From positions 1-48,244 of the IMG/VR virus record IMGVR_UViG_3300036802_000026: a stretch of 48,244 bases of DNA, one strand, 5' to 3'. Every line of letters starts with the position of its first letter. Positions within the stretch are counted from its first letter, which is position 1. The notes below the pieces were generated by a model, which made no database searches, had not been told where the DNA came from, and saw only the letters and a list, made by a program, of their open reading frames with translations. The stretch is from a virus (taxonomy: Duplodnaviria; Caudoviricetes). The translations under genes and the position numbers were made by a program. Shown piece after piece: positions 1 through 7,950 of this stretch.

Positions 1-127
1 GGTGGATACATTCAATGGCGCCGTGATGGTGACGCTTCATGGTCCAATTTGATTGCAACATCATCACTTAAAGGTGACCCAGGAAGCCCAGGCACAAACG
101 GCACTAATGGGCTTGATGGTGCTAGTG
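1..127. repeat. Terminal direct repeat, copy 1 (circular-assembly overlap)
   Basis: Identical to 48118-48244; 127 nt equals a common assembler k-mer; it falls inside an ORF that reads through the junction. Confidence 0.95.
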
Positions 128-798
128 TGGACCTGCAGGTGGCTTCTGGATTTATTCAGTGGAAGCGATCGAATGAAACTACCTGGCGCAATGTTGTTTC
201 AATCGCGAGCTTGCAGGGAAACCCAGGAACGCCCGGAACAAACGGAAGCAATGGTACGGATGGAAAATCAGTAGAGCTGCAAAAGACTTCAACCACTATT
301 CAATGGCGCAAAGTCGGCGACACAGCCTGGCAGAACCTGGTATCTCTTGCTGAGTTAACTGGCACCCCCGGCAGTAATGGGACTAACGGAACAAATGGCA
401 TCAGCTTCACTCCACAAACCCCAGTGCCAAAAAGCATCAACCCGGGCACGACTGCCACGCCTGCGTCATATCAGCATGCAGACCTGACAAAGCCATACAA
501 AGTTATTGTGAACGCCCGTTCTACACAGGCAGTTACTGTTGCCGGACTTGTGAGCGATAAACTTGAATTACGGGTTGGACCTACAGCAGCTTCAGTGGCA
601 CTTAATGGGACTGGTGGATTCTCTATTGGCGTGTGGGAGTCGGGTATCACGGGAATAGCCCTTATGATCGGCGCATCTGTTCTTGATGGTGGTCAGCTCT
701 CTGGTGATGTGCCGGCAGGATGGTATTTCGCCATAAATCGCCTGACTGGAAACTCTGCAACAATAGTGAGTTGTTTTACTCAATCTTTAACGCCATAA
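1..798 (+). CDS. 3' part of a collagen-like fibre protein (full gene 47452..48117 joined to 1..798, 487 aa)
   Basis: Frame is open from base 1 and continuous with the ORF starting at 47452; G-X-Y runs alternate with repeated LQ...IQW(K/R)...W.N(L/V) modules. Confidence 0.85.
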   Translation, partial: GGYIQWRRDGDASWSNLIATSSLKGDPGSPGTNGTNGLDGASVDLQVASGFIQWKRSNETTWRNVVSIASLQGNPGTPGTNGSNGTDGKSVELQKTSTTIQWRKVGDTAWQNLVSLAELTGTPGSNGTNGTNGISFTPQTPVPKSINPGTTATPASYQHADLTKPYKVIVNARSTQAVTVAGLVSDKLELRVGPTAASVALNGTGGFSIGVWESGITGIALMIGASVLDGGQLSGDVPAGWYFAINRLTGNSATIVSCFTQSLTP

Positions 799-845
799 GT
801 GGTAAAATAATGCGCAAGGATGCGCTAATTCAGAGGTATAGTTAA

Positions 846-1076
846 ATGGCAGAAGTATTTAATATCGTCATGGAAACATCAGATGGCGTCAGCTTCACCG
901 GCAAGATGACTCGGCGTGAACCGCAACTGGTCAATGGCTTCATCGCCATGCAGACAGAAGACGGATCATGGAACTACGAATCACCATCAAACGTTAAACG
1001 CTGGACTGCAACACCGACCGGAGAGACCATCAGTGATGAGCCAGTATCCAAAGAAGGCGAAACTGAGTCTGAGTGA
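846..1076 (+). CDS. Hypothetical protein
   Basis: ORF with GAGGT RBS; lies between the fibre gene and terminase. Confidence 0.75.
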   Translation: MAEVFNIVMETSDGVSFTGKMTRREPQLVNGFIAMQTEDGSWNYESPSNVKRWTATPTGETISDEPVSKEGETESE

Positions 1077-1248
1077 TATCCTCAGGCAGGAGGTTGCACT
1101 ACTTCCTGATCATGAGAGGGTAAGAATCAGTTCTCTGGTTGAGCATATCATCATGCTCTGCCAGCACCACGGCAGCACCGGAGAGATAAGCCTGGGTATT
1201 ATCACTGCACTGGTTGCAGAAGAGGCGAAGAACAATAAACTGGATTAA
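1036..1248 (+). CDS. Hypothetical protein (start MSQYPKK)
   Basis: 3' part of ORF 916..1248; the ATG at 1036 is my preferred start. Confidence 0.55.
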   Translation: MSQYPKKAKLSLSDILRQEVALLPDHERVRISSLVEHIIMLCQHHGSTGEISLGIITALVAEEAKNNKLD

Positions 1249-1348
1249 CACCAGATATCCAGTTTGTTAACTCAGAAATTCAATGCTATTTCCCGACAGG
1301 TATCCCATCTGCCGGGCAGATACAAACGGCGGCAGGAGAATATTCTAA

Positions 1349-1756
1349 ATGTCAGAGTCAACCAGTAAAGAGATCGGCAGGCCAAGCATTCTTTCTGACT
1401 GTATTGAGCCAGCAAAAAAATACCTTATGGGTGGCTACATTGAGGTTGAAGATGCCATCCCGAGCATTGCAGGGTTGGCTTGTTACCTTGGCGTGGCTCG
1501 CTCAGCTATCTATCGTTGGGCGAAAGAAGAGGGTGAGTTTAAGGACATTTTAGAGGGCATCCTTTCAATGCAAGAGCGAAAGTTGCTTTCAGGTGGCCTT
1601 AAAGGTGACTTCAATCCTACCATTGCAAAGCTTATCCTGACCAAGCATGGCTACAGCGATCGGGCAGAAATCGACAACACATCCAGCGATGGCAGCATGG
1701 CTACTAAGCCAACCGTAATTCAGCTCGTGCCGGTAGAGCCTGAAGATAATGAGTAG
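1349..1756 (+). CDS. terS: Terminase small subunit
   Basis: GRPS and PSIAGLACYLGVARSAIYRW helix-turn-helix; directly upstream of and overlapping terL; AGGAG RBS. Confidence 0.9.
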   Translation: MSESTSKEIGRPSILSDCIEPAKKYLMGGYIEVEDAIPSIAGLACYLGVARSAIYRWAKEEGEFKDILEGILSMQERKLLSGGLKGDFNPTIAKLILTKHGYSDRAEIDNTSSDGSMATKPTVIQLVPVEPEDNE

Positions 1757-2978
1757 CACGGTACGGCTGCCGATACCTGCAAAGCTTGCACCTCTCTTTG
1801 CTGCAGAGGGTAAACGCTATCGTTGCTCTCACGGTGGTCGTGGTAGTGCGAAGACCAGGACGTTCGCGCTGATGACTGCCGTCAAAGCCTATCAGGCTGC
1901 GAGTAATGGTGAGTCAGGTGTTATCCTGTGTGCTCGCGAATTCATGAACTCACTGGAAGAGTCGAGTATGCAGGAAGTAAAGCAGGCGATCCTGTCAGTG
2001 CCATGGCTGGCGGCCAACTTTGATATCGGTGAGAAATACATCCGGACTGTTGATAAGCGGGTGACATACGTATTCGCGGGCCTGCGGCATAACCTGGACA
2101 GCATCAAGTCGAAAGCACGCATTCTACTGTGCTGGGTCGATGAGGCTGAGTCAGTCAGCGAGATAGCCTGGCAGAAGCTTAGCCCTACTGTGCGAGAGGA
2201 AGGTTCAGAAATATGGGTGACGTGGAACCCAGAGCGGGATGGTAGCGCTACTGATAAGCGATTCCGCAAGCAGGCCGCAGATGACTGTATTACTGTTGAA
2301 ATGAATTATACCGATAACCCCTGGTTTCCTGATGTTCTTGAGGGTGAGAGGCAGAATGACATGCGACGCCTTGATCCTGCGACCTATGCATGGGTATGGG
2401 AGGGGGCTTACCTTGAGAACTCTGACAAGCAGGTGCTGGCTGGCAAGTATCGCATCGAGAACTTCAGTGATGACCTTTGGAAAGATGCAGAGCGGCTATT
2501 CTTCGGCGCCGACTTCGGTTTTGCAAAAGACCCTAACACATTGGTCAGGTGCTTTATTATTGAAAACAAGCTTTACATTGAATACGAAGCATACGATCAC
2601 AAGGTAGAACTTGATCACATGCCTGAAATGTACGACAAGATACCTGAAGTTCGCCGATGGCCAATAAAGGCCGACTCCGCCAGGCCGGAAACTATCAGCT
2701 ATCTGAACAGGCAGGGGTTCAATATCTCGGCAGCCGAAAAGTGGCAGGGAAGTGTAGAGGATGGAATTTCATACCTTCGCGGTTTTGATGAAATAGTCAT
2801 CCACTCCCGATGCGTCAACGTAGCCAAAGAGGCGCGGCTCTGGTCATACAAGACAGATCGCATAACCGGCGAGGTTTTGCCAAAGCTTGCTGATGGTGAC
2901 GAACATACATGGGATGCTATACGCTATAGCCTTGACGGTTACATAAAGCAGAAATCATCGGGCGCAATCTTCTTCTGA
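1749..2978 (+). CDS. terL: Terminase large subunit, PBSX family
   Basis: Walker A GGRGSAKT, Walker B CWVDEAE, nuclease GADFGF and DEHTWDAIRY motifs. Confidence 0.97.
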   Translation: MSSTVRLPIPAKLAPLFAAEGKRYRCSHGGRGSAKTRTFALMTAVKAYQAASNGESGVILCAREFMNSLEESSMQEVKQAILSVPWLAANFDIGEKYIRTVDKRVTYVFAGLRHNLDSIKSKARILLCWVDEAESVSEIAWQKLSPTVREEGSEIWVTWNPERDGSATDKRFRKQAADDCITVEMNYTDNPWFPDVLEGERQNDMRRLDPATYAWVWEGAYLENSDKQVLAGKYRIENFSDDLWKDAERLFFGADFGFAKDPNTLVRCFIIENKLYIEYEAYDHKVELDHMPEMYDKIPEVRRWPIKADSARPETISYLNRQGFNISAAEKWQGSVEDGISYLRGFDEIVIHSRCVNVAKEARLWSYKTDRITGEVLPKLADGDEHTWDAIRYSLDGYIKQKSSGAIFF

Positions 2979-2991
2979 TACGAGGTTTACT

Positions 2992-4464
2992 ATGGGCAAT
3001 CAGCCTGTAAATGATAGTGCAATGGAAACGCTGGCTGATCTGATCGTGAACTCATATCAGGAGTCAGCACAGATTAGTCGCCGGGCTTATATCCAGGGGG
3101 GTGCTGGGGCTCCCGGCAACACAAAGCGACTTAAGCTGTGGGAAGAGTTCGGCTACCCGCGCCAGATTACCTTTGAGCACTTCTACAAGGCTTATGACAG
3201 GAACGCCGTAGCTTTCGGTGCCGTCCATAAGCTGCTTGAAGGCTCATGGTATGACAACCCATTTATCGTCGATGGTGATGAGTCCCGTGCATCCAAAGAG
3301 CAGACTGATTGGGAAAAGACAGTCAACAAGATGATGCGCAAGCATTGGGCCAAGATTAAAGATGCTGATCGCCGCAACCTGGTTGGCCATTACTCAGCTA
3401 TCATCCTCCAGTTTCGTGATAGTAAAACATGGGACCAGCCAGTTAACACAGCTGCGCTAAGATCGCAAAAAGACGCAGGCCTGGTGCGAATGATTCCGGT
3501 ATGGGAGTCGCAGATAAGCCCGGTTGATTACGACAACGATCAGGCATCCGAGAACTACGGCATGCCTACTATGTACTCGTTCACCGAGCGGCCGCTGGAT
3601 AACCAGATTCACGGGCCAACCAGAGCTGTGCGGATCCATCCGGAGCGCGTCATCATCCTGTGTGAAGGGTCGGAGGATGAAACAATCCTCAGCGGCATAC
3701 CTTTGCTCAAGGCTGGCTACAATAAATTACTCGACCTTGAGAAGATTTCAGGTGGTAGCGCAGAAGGGTTCCTGAAGAACGCCAGTCGTCAGCTCGCTAT
3801 AAACATTGATGCTGAAGCCAACTTAAAAAGCATCGCCGACGAAGCAATAAGGCAGGGATACAAAGACCTGGGCGATGCGCTAAACCAGAAGATGCAGAAG
3901 CTTAACCGCGGCGTGGATGATGCCCTGGTTACCCAAGCCGGAGCCGCTTCAGTTCTCTCAGTGGCAGCTGCAGACCCTGAACCATCATGGACGGTTGCAG
4001 CTAATGAGTTCGCCGCCTCTATCATGTGCCCGTTCACCATTTTATACGGACAGCAGACCGGCCGCCTGGCATCAGATGAAGACAAGGAAGACTGGGGTAA
4101 GCGCCTCAATGGTCGCCGTGAAGGATTCATCAGCAAGATTGTGGCTGAGGTGGTGATGCGCCTTGTCCAGTTCAATGTTATCCCTCAGCCAACCAAGGGT
4201 GAGATTTACGTCCAGTGGACTGACCTGCTGGCACCGAGCTATTCAGATAAGATTGCCAACGCGAAAGACCTGGCGCAGATCGCCAAAGATACACAGGCTG
4301 CCTTCGGAACATCATCTATCGATACTAACGATATCCGGGAAGCTGTAGACCTTGAACCTATTGCGGATAATGAAAACGATGAACAACAGGCTACCGATGG
4401 AACGCAGCGTGATCCGCTCACCGATGACGAAGATATCGGGAAGTCCGATCGTTCCGCGAAATAA
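2992..4464 (+). CDS. Portal protein (DUF1073-type)
   Basis: 490 aa directly after terL; RIHPERVI and GYNKLLDLEKISGGSAEGFLKNA motifs typical of this portal family. Confidence 0.88.
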   Translation: MGNQPVNDSAMETLADLIVNSYQESAQISRRAYIQGGAGAPGNTKRLKLWEEFGYPRQITFEHFYKAYDRNAVAFGAVHKLLEGSWYDNPFIVDGDESRASKEQTDWEKTVNKMMRKHWAKIKDADRRNLVGHYSAIILQFRDSKTWDQPVNTAALRSQKDAGLVRMIPVWESQISPVDYDNDQASENYGMPTMYSFTERPLDNQIHGPTRAVRIHPERVIILCEGSEDETILSGIPLLKAGYNKLLDLEKISGGSAEGFLKNASRQLAINIDAEANLKSIADEAIRQGYKDLGDALNQKMQKLNRGVDDALVTQAGAASVLSVAAADPEPSWTVAANEFAASIMCPFTILYGQQTGRLASDEDKEDWGKRLNGRREGFISKIVAEVVMRLVQFNVIPQPTKGEIYVQWTDLLAPSYSDKIANAKDLAQIAKDTQAAFGTSSIDTNDIREAVDLEPIADNENDEQQATDGTQRDPLTDDEDIGKSDRSAK

Positions 4465-5425
4465 GACTGACCCGACTCAGAGCTATCGTGCGGTGAATAA
4501 GATGGCGCGTGAAATAGAGCGCCGCTATACCATCATTAAGCAGAGGCTGCGCATCCTGCTTGATGCACGCCTGGTGGGAGTGGATTCACAGACCAACCAT
4601 CGGCAGTCATCGCTGGTATGCAACAACCAGGATATCCCGGATTCAATCTTCTTCGTGAATGCCGGCACCTATATCTACTCGCTGCAGCCGACAGAGCTGG
4701 CCAACCTGATGGACTTCATCACCACCATTCTCGATGATGAGTTGCTTCAGGGCGGGCGCGATAACCTCTGGGCGATGGATTACATCATCACCGAGTATGA
4801 CCGTGGCGCACAGGTGGCCTATACCAACCTGGCTAATCAGTCTCAGGTATACGCTGAAAATGTCACGCTCATGCAGATACTGTCCAGCCCGGGCCATCTC
4901 AACCAGATTCAGATGGCGCGCATCCCTGTTTATGCAGACTGGCGCCTGCTTTCACAGCGGGCAACGAGCGATCTGACTAACATCATTGCTACTGCAGTGC
5001 GTGATGGCATTAATCCACGAGAAACACGTGGCATTATCAGTAAGCGGCTTGATGTGAGCATGGCTGATGCTAAGCGCATTGCCCAGACCGAGCAGGTGGG
5101 CGCGCTGCGTCGTTCACAATGGTCAGAGGCTAAGTTCTCTCGTGATGACTTGGGGTTACGGTCGGCTCTCATGCATATCTCTGCACTCAAACCAACGACA
5201 CGCCGCACTCACGCTTACCGACACGGCCGCATCTTCACCCCAGAGGATGTAGAGGAGTGGTATGCGCAGGATGGTAACATCTTCAACTGCTACTGCAGCC
5301 AGATCCCGGTCCTGCTTGATGCTGAAGGCAAGATAGTGAACCGAGGACTGGTGGAGCGCATGGAAGATGAGCGTAAGCAGTGGTTCTCTGCCAATGTCGC
5401 ACCGAACACCAAAAAGAAAACCTGA
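4424..5425 (+). CDS. Head morphogenesis protein (SPP1 gp7 / Mu gpF-like)
   Basis: AKRIAQTE, TTRRTH and NCYC motifs; follows the portal gene; likely start MTKISGSP at 4424. Confidence 0.88.
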   Translation: MTKISGSPIVPRNKTDPTQSYRAVNKMAREIERRYTIIKQRLRILLDARLVGVDSQTNHRQSSLVCNNQDIPDSIFFVNAGTYIYSLQPTELANLMDFITTILDDELLQGGRDNLWAMDYIITEYDRGAQVAYTNLANQSQVYAENVTLMQILSSPGHLNQIQMARIPVYADWRLLSQRATSDLTNIIATAVRDGINPRETRGIISKRLDVSMADAKRIAQTEQVGALRRSQWSEAKFSRDDLGLRSALMHISALKPTTRRTHAYRHGRIFTPEDVEEWYAQDGNIFNCYCSQIPVLLDAEGKIVNRGLVERMEDERKQWFSANVAPNTKKKT

Positions 5426-5470
5426 TCGCCTTCGATTAAAATCCCTTCTCACACGATAAATATTGCTCGT

Positions 5471-5499
5471 TTTACTGCGGGCAATCATTCCTATTTAAT
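5471..5499 (+). promoter_or_regulatory. Putative sigma70 promoter of the small-gene island
   Basis: TTTACT-N17-TTTAAT upstream of 5529. Confidence 0.55.
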
Positions 5500-5528
5500 G
5501 GCTTCATGTTTAACAGAGAGGAAATGAC

Positions 5529-5912
5529 ATGAAGCTTTTAGATTTGCTGGTTAAGGAGTTACCTCAGCGCGGAGGATGGCCCAATCGCATTGCTGACGTT
5601 CATGGTTTAAAGAACTGGATGTGCGGAAATCTTCTGGGTTACACCTGGGAGCATGGCCGAGGTGATTGGTTCTACTCTGAAAAGTTTGAGGAAGTAACCA
5701 GAAAGCAATACGAGAAAGAAGTTGAAAGACTGAAAAATATCACTGAGCTTAGTGTGAAGACTGATTGCAGTTTCGAATCTGCAGCTAAGGCTCTTATGAA
5801 GTGGATCAACGATAACGGCCACCCTCATCAGACCATCATCATCGACGCTACCAGCGCCGTCCTCTATTCCGGTGAGAAGTCTATAAACACCGAAGAGTTC
5901 ATTAAGGATTGA
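5529..5912 (+). CDS. Hypothetical phage protein
   Basis: GAGG RBS; MKLLDLLVKELP..GGWP N-terminus typical of enterobacterial phage accessory genes. Confidence 0.75.
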   Translation: MKLLDLLVKELPQRGGWPNRIADVHGLKNWMCGNLLGYTWEHGRGDWFYSEKFEEVTRKQYEKEVERLKNITELSVKTDCSFESAAKALMKWINDNGHPHQTIIIDATSAVLYSGEKSINTEEFIKD

Positions 5913-5914
5913 TC

Positions 5915-6121
5915 ATGAAAGTAAGACTTCTGAATGATGGCGGCTTTAAATTCCTTGAAGGTTTGACCTTCCCAGTTGAGGTTGATGCATCAGAGCACCC
6001 ATGCCTGGATGCAGCGATTCATGTTTCTTCACATCATCTCATTTCTATCGGCGCCACTAAAAATGCAAGCATGTTAGATCATTGGTCATTTTTCGGAGAT
6101 GAATTCGAGGTAATCGAATGA
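5915..6121 (+). CDS. Hypothetical protein (MKVRLLNDGG type)
   Basis: Tightly packed ORF with ATGA coupling to the next gene. Confidence 0.7.
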   Translation: MKVRLLNDGGFKFLEGLTFPVEVDASEHPCLDAAIHVSSHHLISIGATKNASMLDHWSFFGDEFEVIE

Positions 6122-6267
6122 CAACCAAATGCACCGGCCTCATGGGCCGCATCTTCGGGCATAAGTGGAGGGATATCTATCACTCCATGAAATTTCACTC
6201 TCCGCATGCTGAGTTAAAACACAGAGAATGCCAGCGGTGCGGCGCGGTGACGGGAGAGAAGAAATGA
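6118..6267 (+). CDS. Small Zn-binding protein, 49 aa (DUF1660-like), not in ORF track
   Basis: MTTKCTGLMGRIFGHKW...ECQRCG; GAGG RBS; ATGA overlaps at both ends. Confidence 0.75.
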   Translation: MTTKCTGLMGRIFGHKWRDIYHSMKFHSPHAELKHRECQRCGAVTGEKK

Positions 6268-6407
6268 GTAAGTGCAAAGGATTCATGGGCAGATTGCTTG
6301 GCCACCACTGGCGAGAAATAACCTGGTCAACGCCATCAGGCCGAACCAGATTTATCAAATACACTGAGTGCAGCCGGTGTGGTGCAATCAAAGGGGGTGA
6401 TAAGTGA
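6264..6407 (+). CDS. Small Zn-binding protein, 47 aa (DUF1660-like), paralog of the previous gene, not in ORF track
   Basis: MSKCKGFMGRLLGHHW...ECSRCG; GGAG RBS; start/stop overlaps at both ends. Confidence 0.75.
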   Translation: MSKCKGFMGRLLGHHWREITWSTPSGRTRFIKYTECSRCGAIKGGDK

Positions 6408-6787
6408 ATTACGCAGAAATGAGTGACTTTGAAATCAACAAAGCTGTGGCTGTTGCGCTGGGCGGAGTGGCAACTACTGACTTTAGAGGGTTGGCTATTT
6501 ATGACATGGGAGAAAGCCAGCCGCTTGTGGTATCTCAGTGCATGCACTCAAAGGGTGACTTCTTGCCCTGCAACTCATGGGCTGATGCTGGTCCGATTAT
6601 TGCCGATCATCAGATAAGCATTATTTTCGATGCTGACTCAATGATTGATCCTCCTGCTCATTGGGTCATGTGTCGCCACGTGAGCAGCAACGCCGATGTT
6701 GCTGAGTATTATGGACACCCGAATAACCCACTCCGCGCCGCCATGATTGTCTTCCTGATGATGCAGGAGAAGAAAGATGAGCAATAA
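6404..6787 (+). CDS. NinX / DUF2591-family protein
   Basis: MNYAEMSDFEINKAVA, PCNSWADAGPII and NPLRAAMIVFLMMQE motifs. Confidence 0.8.
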   Translation: MNYAEMSDFEINKAVAVALGGVATTDFRGLAIYDMGESQPLVVSQCMHSKGDFLPCNSWADAGPIIADHQISIIFDADSMIDPPAHWVMCRHVSSNADVAEYYGHPNNPLRAAMIVFLMMQEKKDEQ

Positions 6788-6998
6788 CGAAGTAGACAGT
6801 CTCGCTCTGGAGTATGCCAAGTACATCACTCACATTTTCGAGAGCGACTTACGTGGCGGCATCGGTCAGAAGCAGGCTAAGGTGCAATGCTTGCTGATCG
6901 ACATCATTGGCAATGAGCGGCGTCGGACTGAAATGGCTGAGTCTAAAGCCACCAACTGGCAGCAGAGATATCGTGAACTGGCGGGAGAGTCGGAATGA
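6777..6998 (+). CDS. Hypothetical protein
   Basis: Coupled ORF in the island. Confidence 0.65.
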   Translation: MSNNEVDSLALEYAKYITHIFESDLRGGIGQKQAKVQCLLIDIIGNERRRTEMAESKATNWQQRYRELAGESE

Positions 6999-7195
6999 CA
7001 GCTTGCGAGATTAGCGGCGGATGGGCGGCTGTTGGCGCAATTTACTTCTTCTTCGCAGGAGTTGTTTCGGAACACTCATCATCTAACCTGCACAAAGATA
7101 TAAGCAGCCCGATCCCATCGATTGCAAGAGGCTTGCTGTGGCCCCTGGTTGCAATGAAGTATTTGGCGCTGATGATAATCTGGGGGTTGAGATGA
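6995..7195 (+). CDS. Hypothetical membrane protein
   Basis: Two hydrophobic segments; ATGA coupling. Confidence 0.65.
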   Translation: MTACEISGGWAAVGAIYFFFAGVVSEHSSSNLHKDISSPIPSIARGLLWPLVAMKYLALMIIWGLR

Positions 7196-7479
7196 AAATA
7201 GCCGCGGCGGCTTTAATGGCTTTATCGTTCTCCTGTGCAGCAACTGACTACCAGTGCGGGCTGTATCAGGTCAGTGTCGATCAGCTGAAATCAATCACCG
7301 TCGATTCGCAGAAGCATGGCACCTATGTCTCTACTGACTTCGACAAGTACTATAACTTTCTGCATGTCTACAGCTATGGCGATAAGCAGGCGATCGTGCG
7401 CGAGACTACGCATAGGCGCGTTGCCTTCCGTATACCTGGTGAATCGCTGTGGAATGCGTGCAAGGAGATAAAGAAATGA
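7192..7479 (+). CDS. Secreted/periplasmic small protein (paralog of 34027..34332)
   Basis: Signal peptide MKIAAAALMALSFSCAA; YxC near the mature N-terminus and Cys near the C-terminus. Confidence 0.7.
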   Translation: MKIAAAALMALSFSCAATDYQCGLYQVSVDQLKSITVDSQKHGTYVSTDFDKYYNFLHVYSYGDKQAIVRETTHRRVAFRIPGESLWNACKEIKK

Positions 7480-7685
7480 TGCAAGGTTACATTGTTTACT
7501 GGGAAGGGCATGACGAAAAGGGGTTCGTTATCAACAATGGCAACAGCGGTCTTGATATCGAGTACAGCGATTTTGTTAGCGGAAAAGAGCTTCTGATGGG
7601 TGCAATGGAAGGCGTTCTCACTGCTGCGCAGCAAGAAAATCCTAGGGTGATCCGGGTGGTGATAAAAGGAGTATTCAAGCTATGA
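7476..7685 (+). CDS. Hypothetical protein
   Basis: AGGAG RBS; coupled to neighbours. Confidence 0.65.
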   Translation: MMQGYIVYWEGHDEKGFVINNGNSGLDIEYSDFVSGKELLMGAMEGVLTAAQQENPRVIRVVIKGVFKL

Positions 7686-7858
7686 GCGAATGGATTAAGT
7701 GCAGTGAAAGAATGCCAGGCAGAGATGAAGGTAACGTGTTCCTTACATGGAATGGTCAGTATATTGGAAAAGAATTTTACACCGTAGGGCGATTCCACTG
7801 CATTAAGCCTGAGGCGATCACTCACTGGCAACCTCTCCCATCACCACCACAAGATTAA
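7682..7858 (+). CDS. DUF551-family protein, 58 aa, not in ORF track
   Basis: MSEWIKCSERMP...ITHWQPLPSPP signature. Confidence 0.85.
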   Translation: MSEWIKCSERMPGRDEGNVFLTWNGQYIGKEFYTVGRFHCIKPEAITHWQPLPSPPQD

Positions 7859-7862
7859 AATC

Positions 7863-7888
7863 AGGTCGCTTAGGCGGCCTTTATTTTT
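7863..7888 (+). terminator. Intrinsic terminator closing the small-gene island
   Basis: AGGTCGC-TTAG-GCGGCCT followed by TTATTTTT. Confidence 0.8.
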
Positions 7889-7950
7889 GCTGTTCTATAT
7901 GCCTAAAATACGCGCTATACTGCTCACATACTATGTCAAGAGGTATAAGC

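Noticed and set aside
1-127. 127-bp terminal repeat as a biological direct terminal repeat
   Set aside because: Length equals a standard assembler k-mer, it lies mid-gene, and the PBSX-type terminase suggests headful packaging with permuted ends
2992-4464. Anti-CBASS (Acb1) label sometimes attached to DUF1073 proteins
   Set aside because: Size and position between terL and the gpF-like gene indicate a portal; I see no separate phosphodiesterase domain
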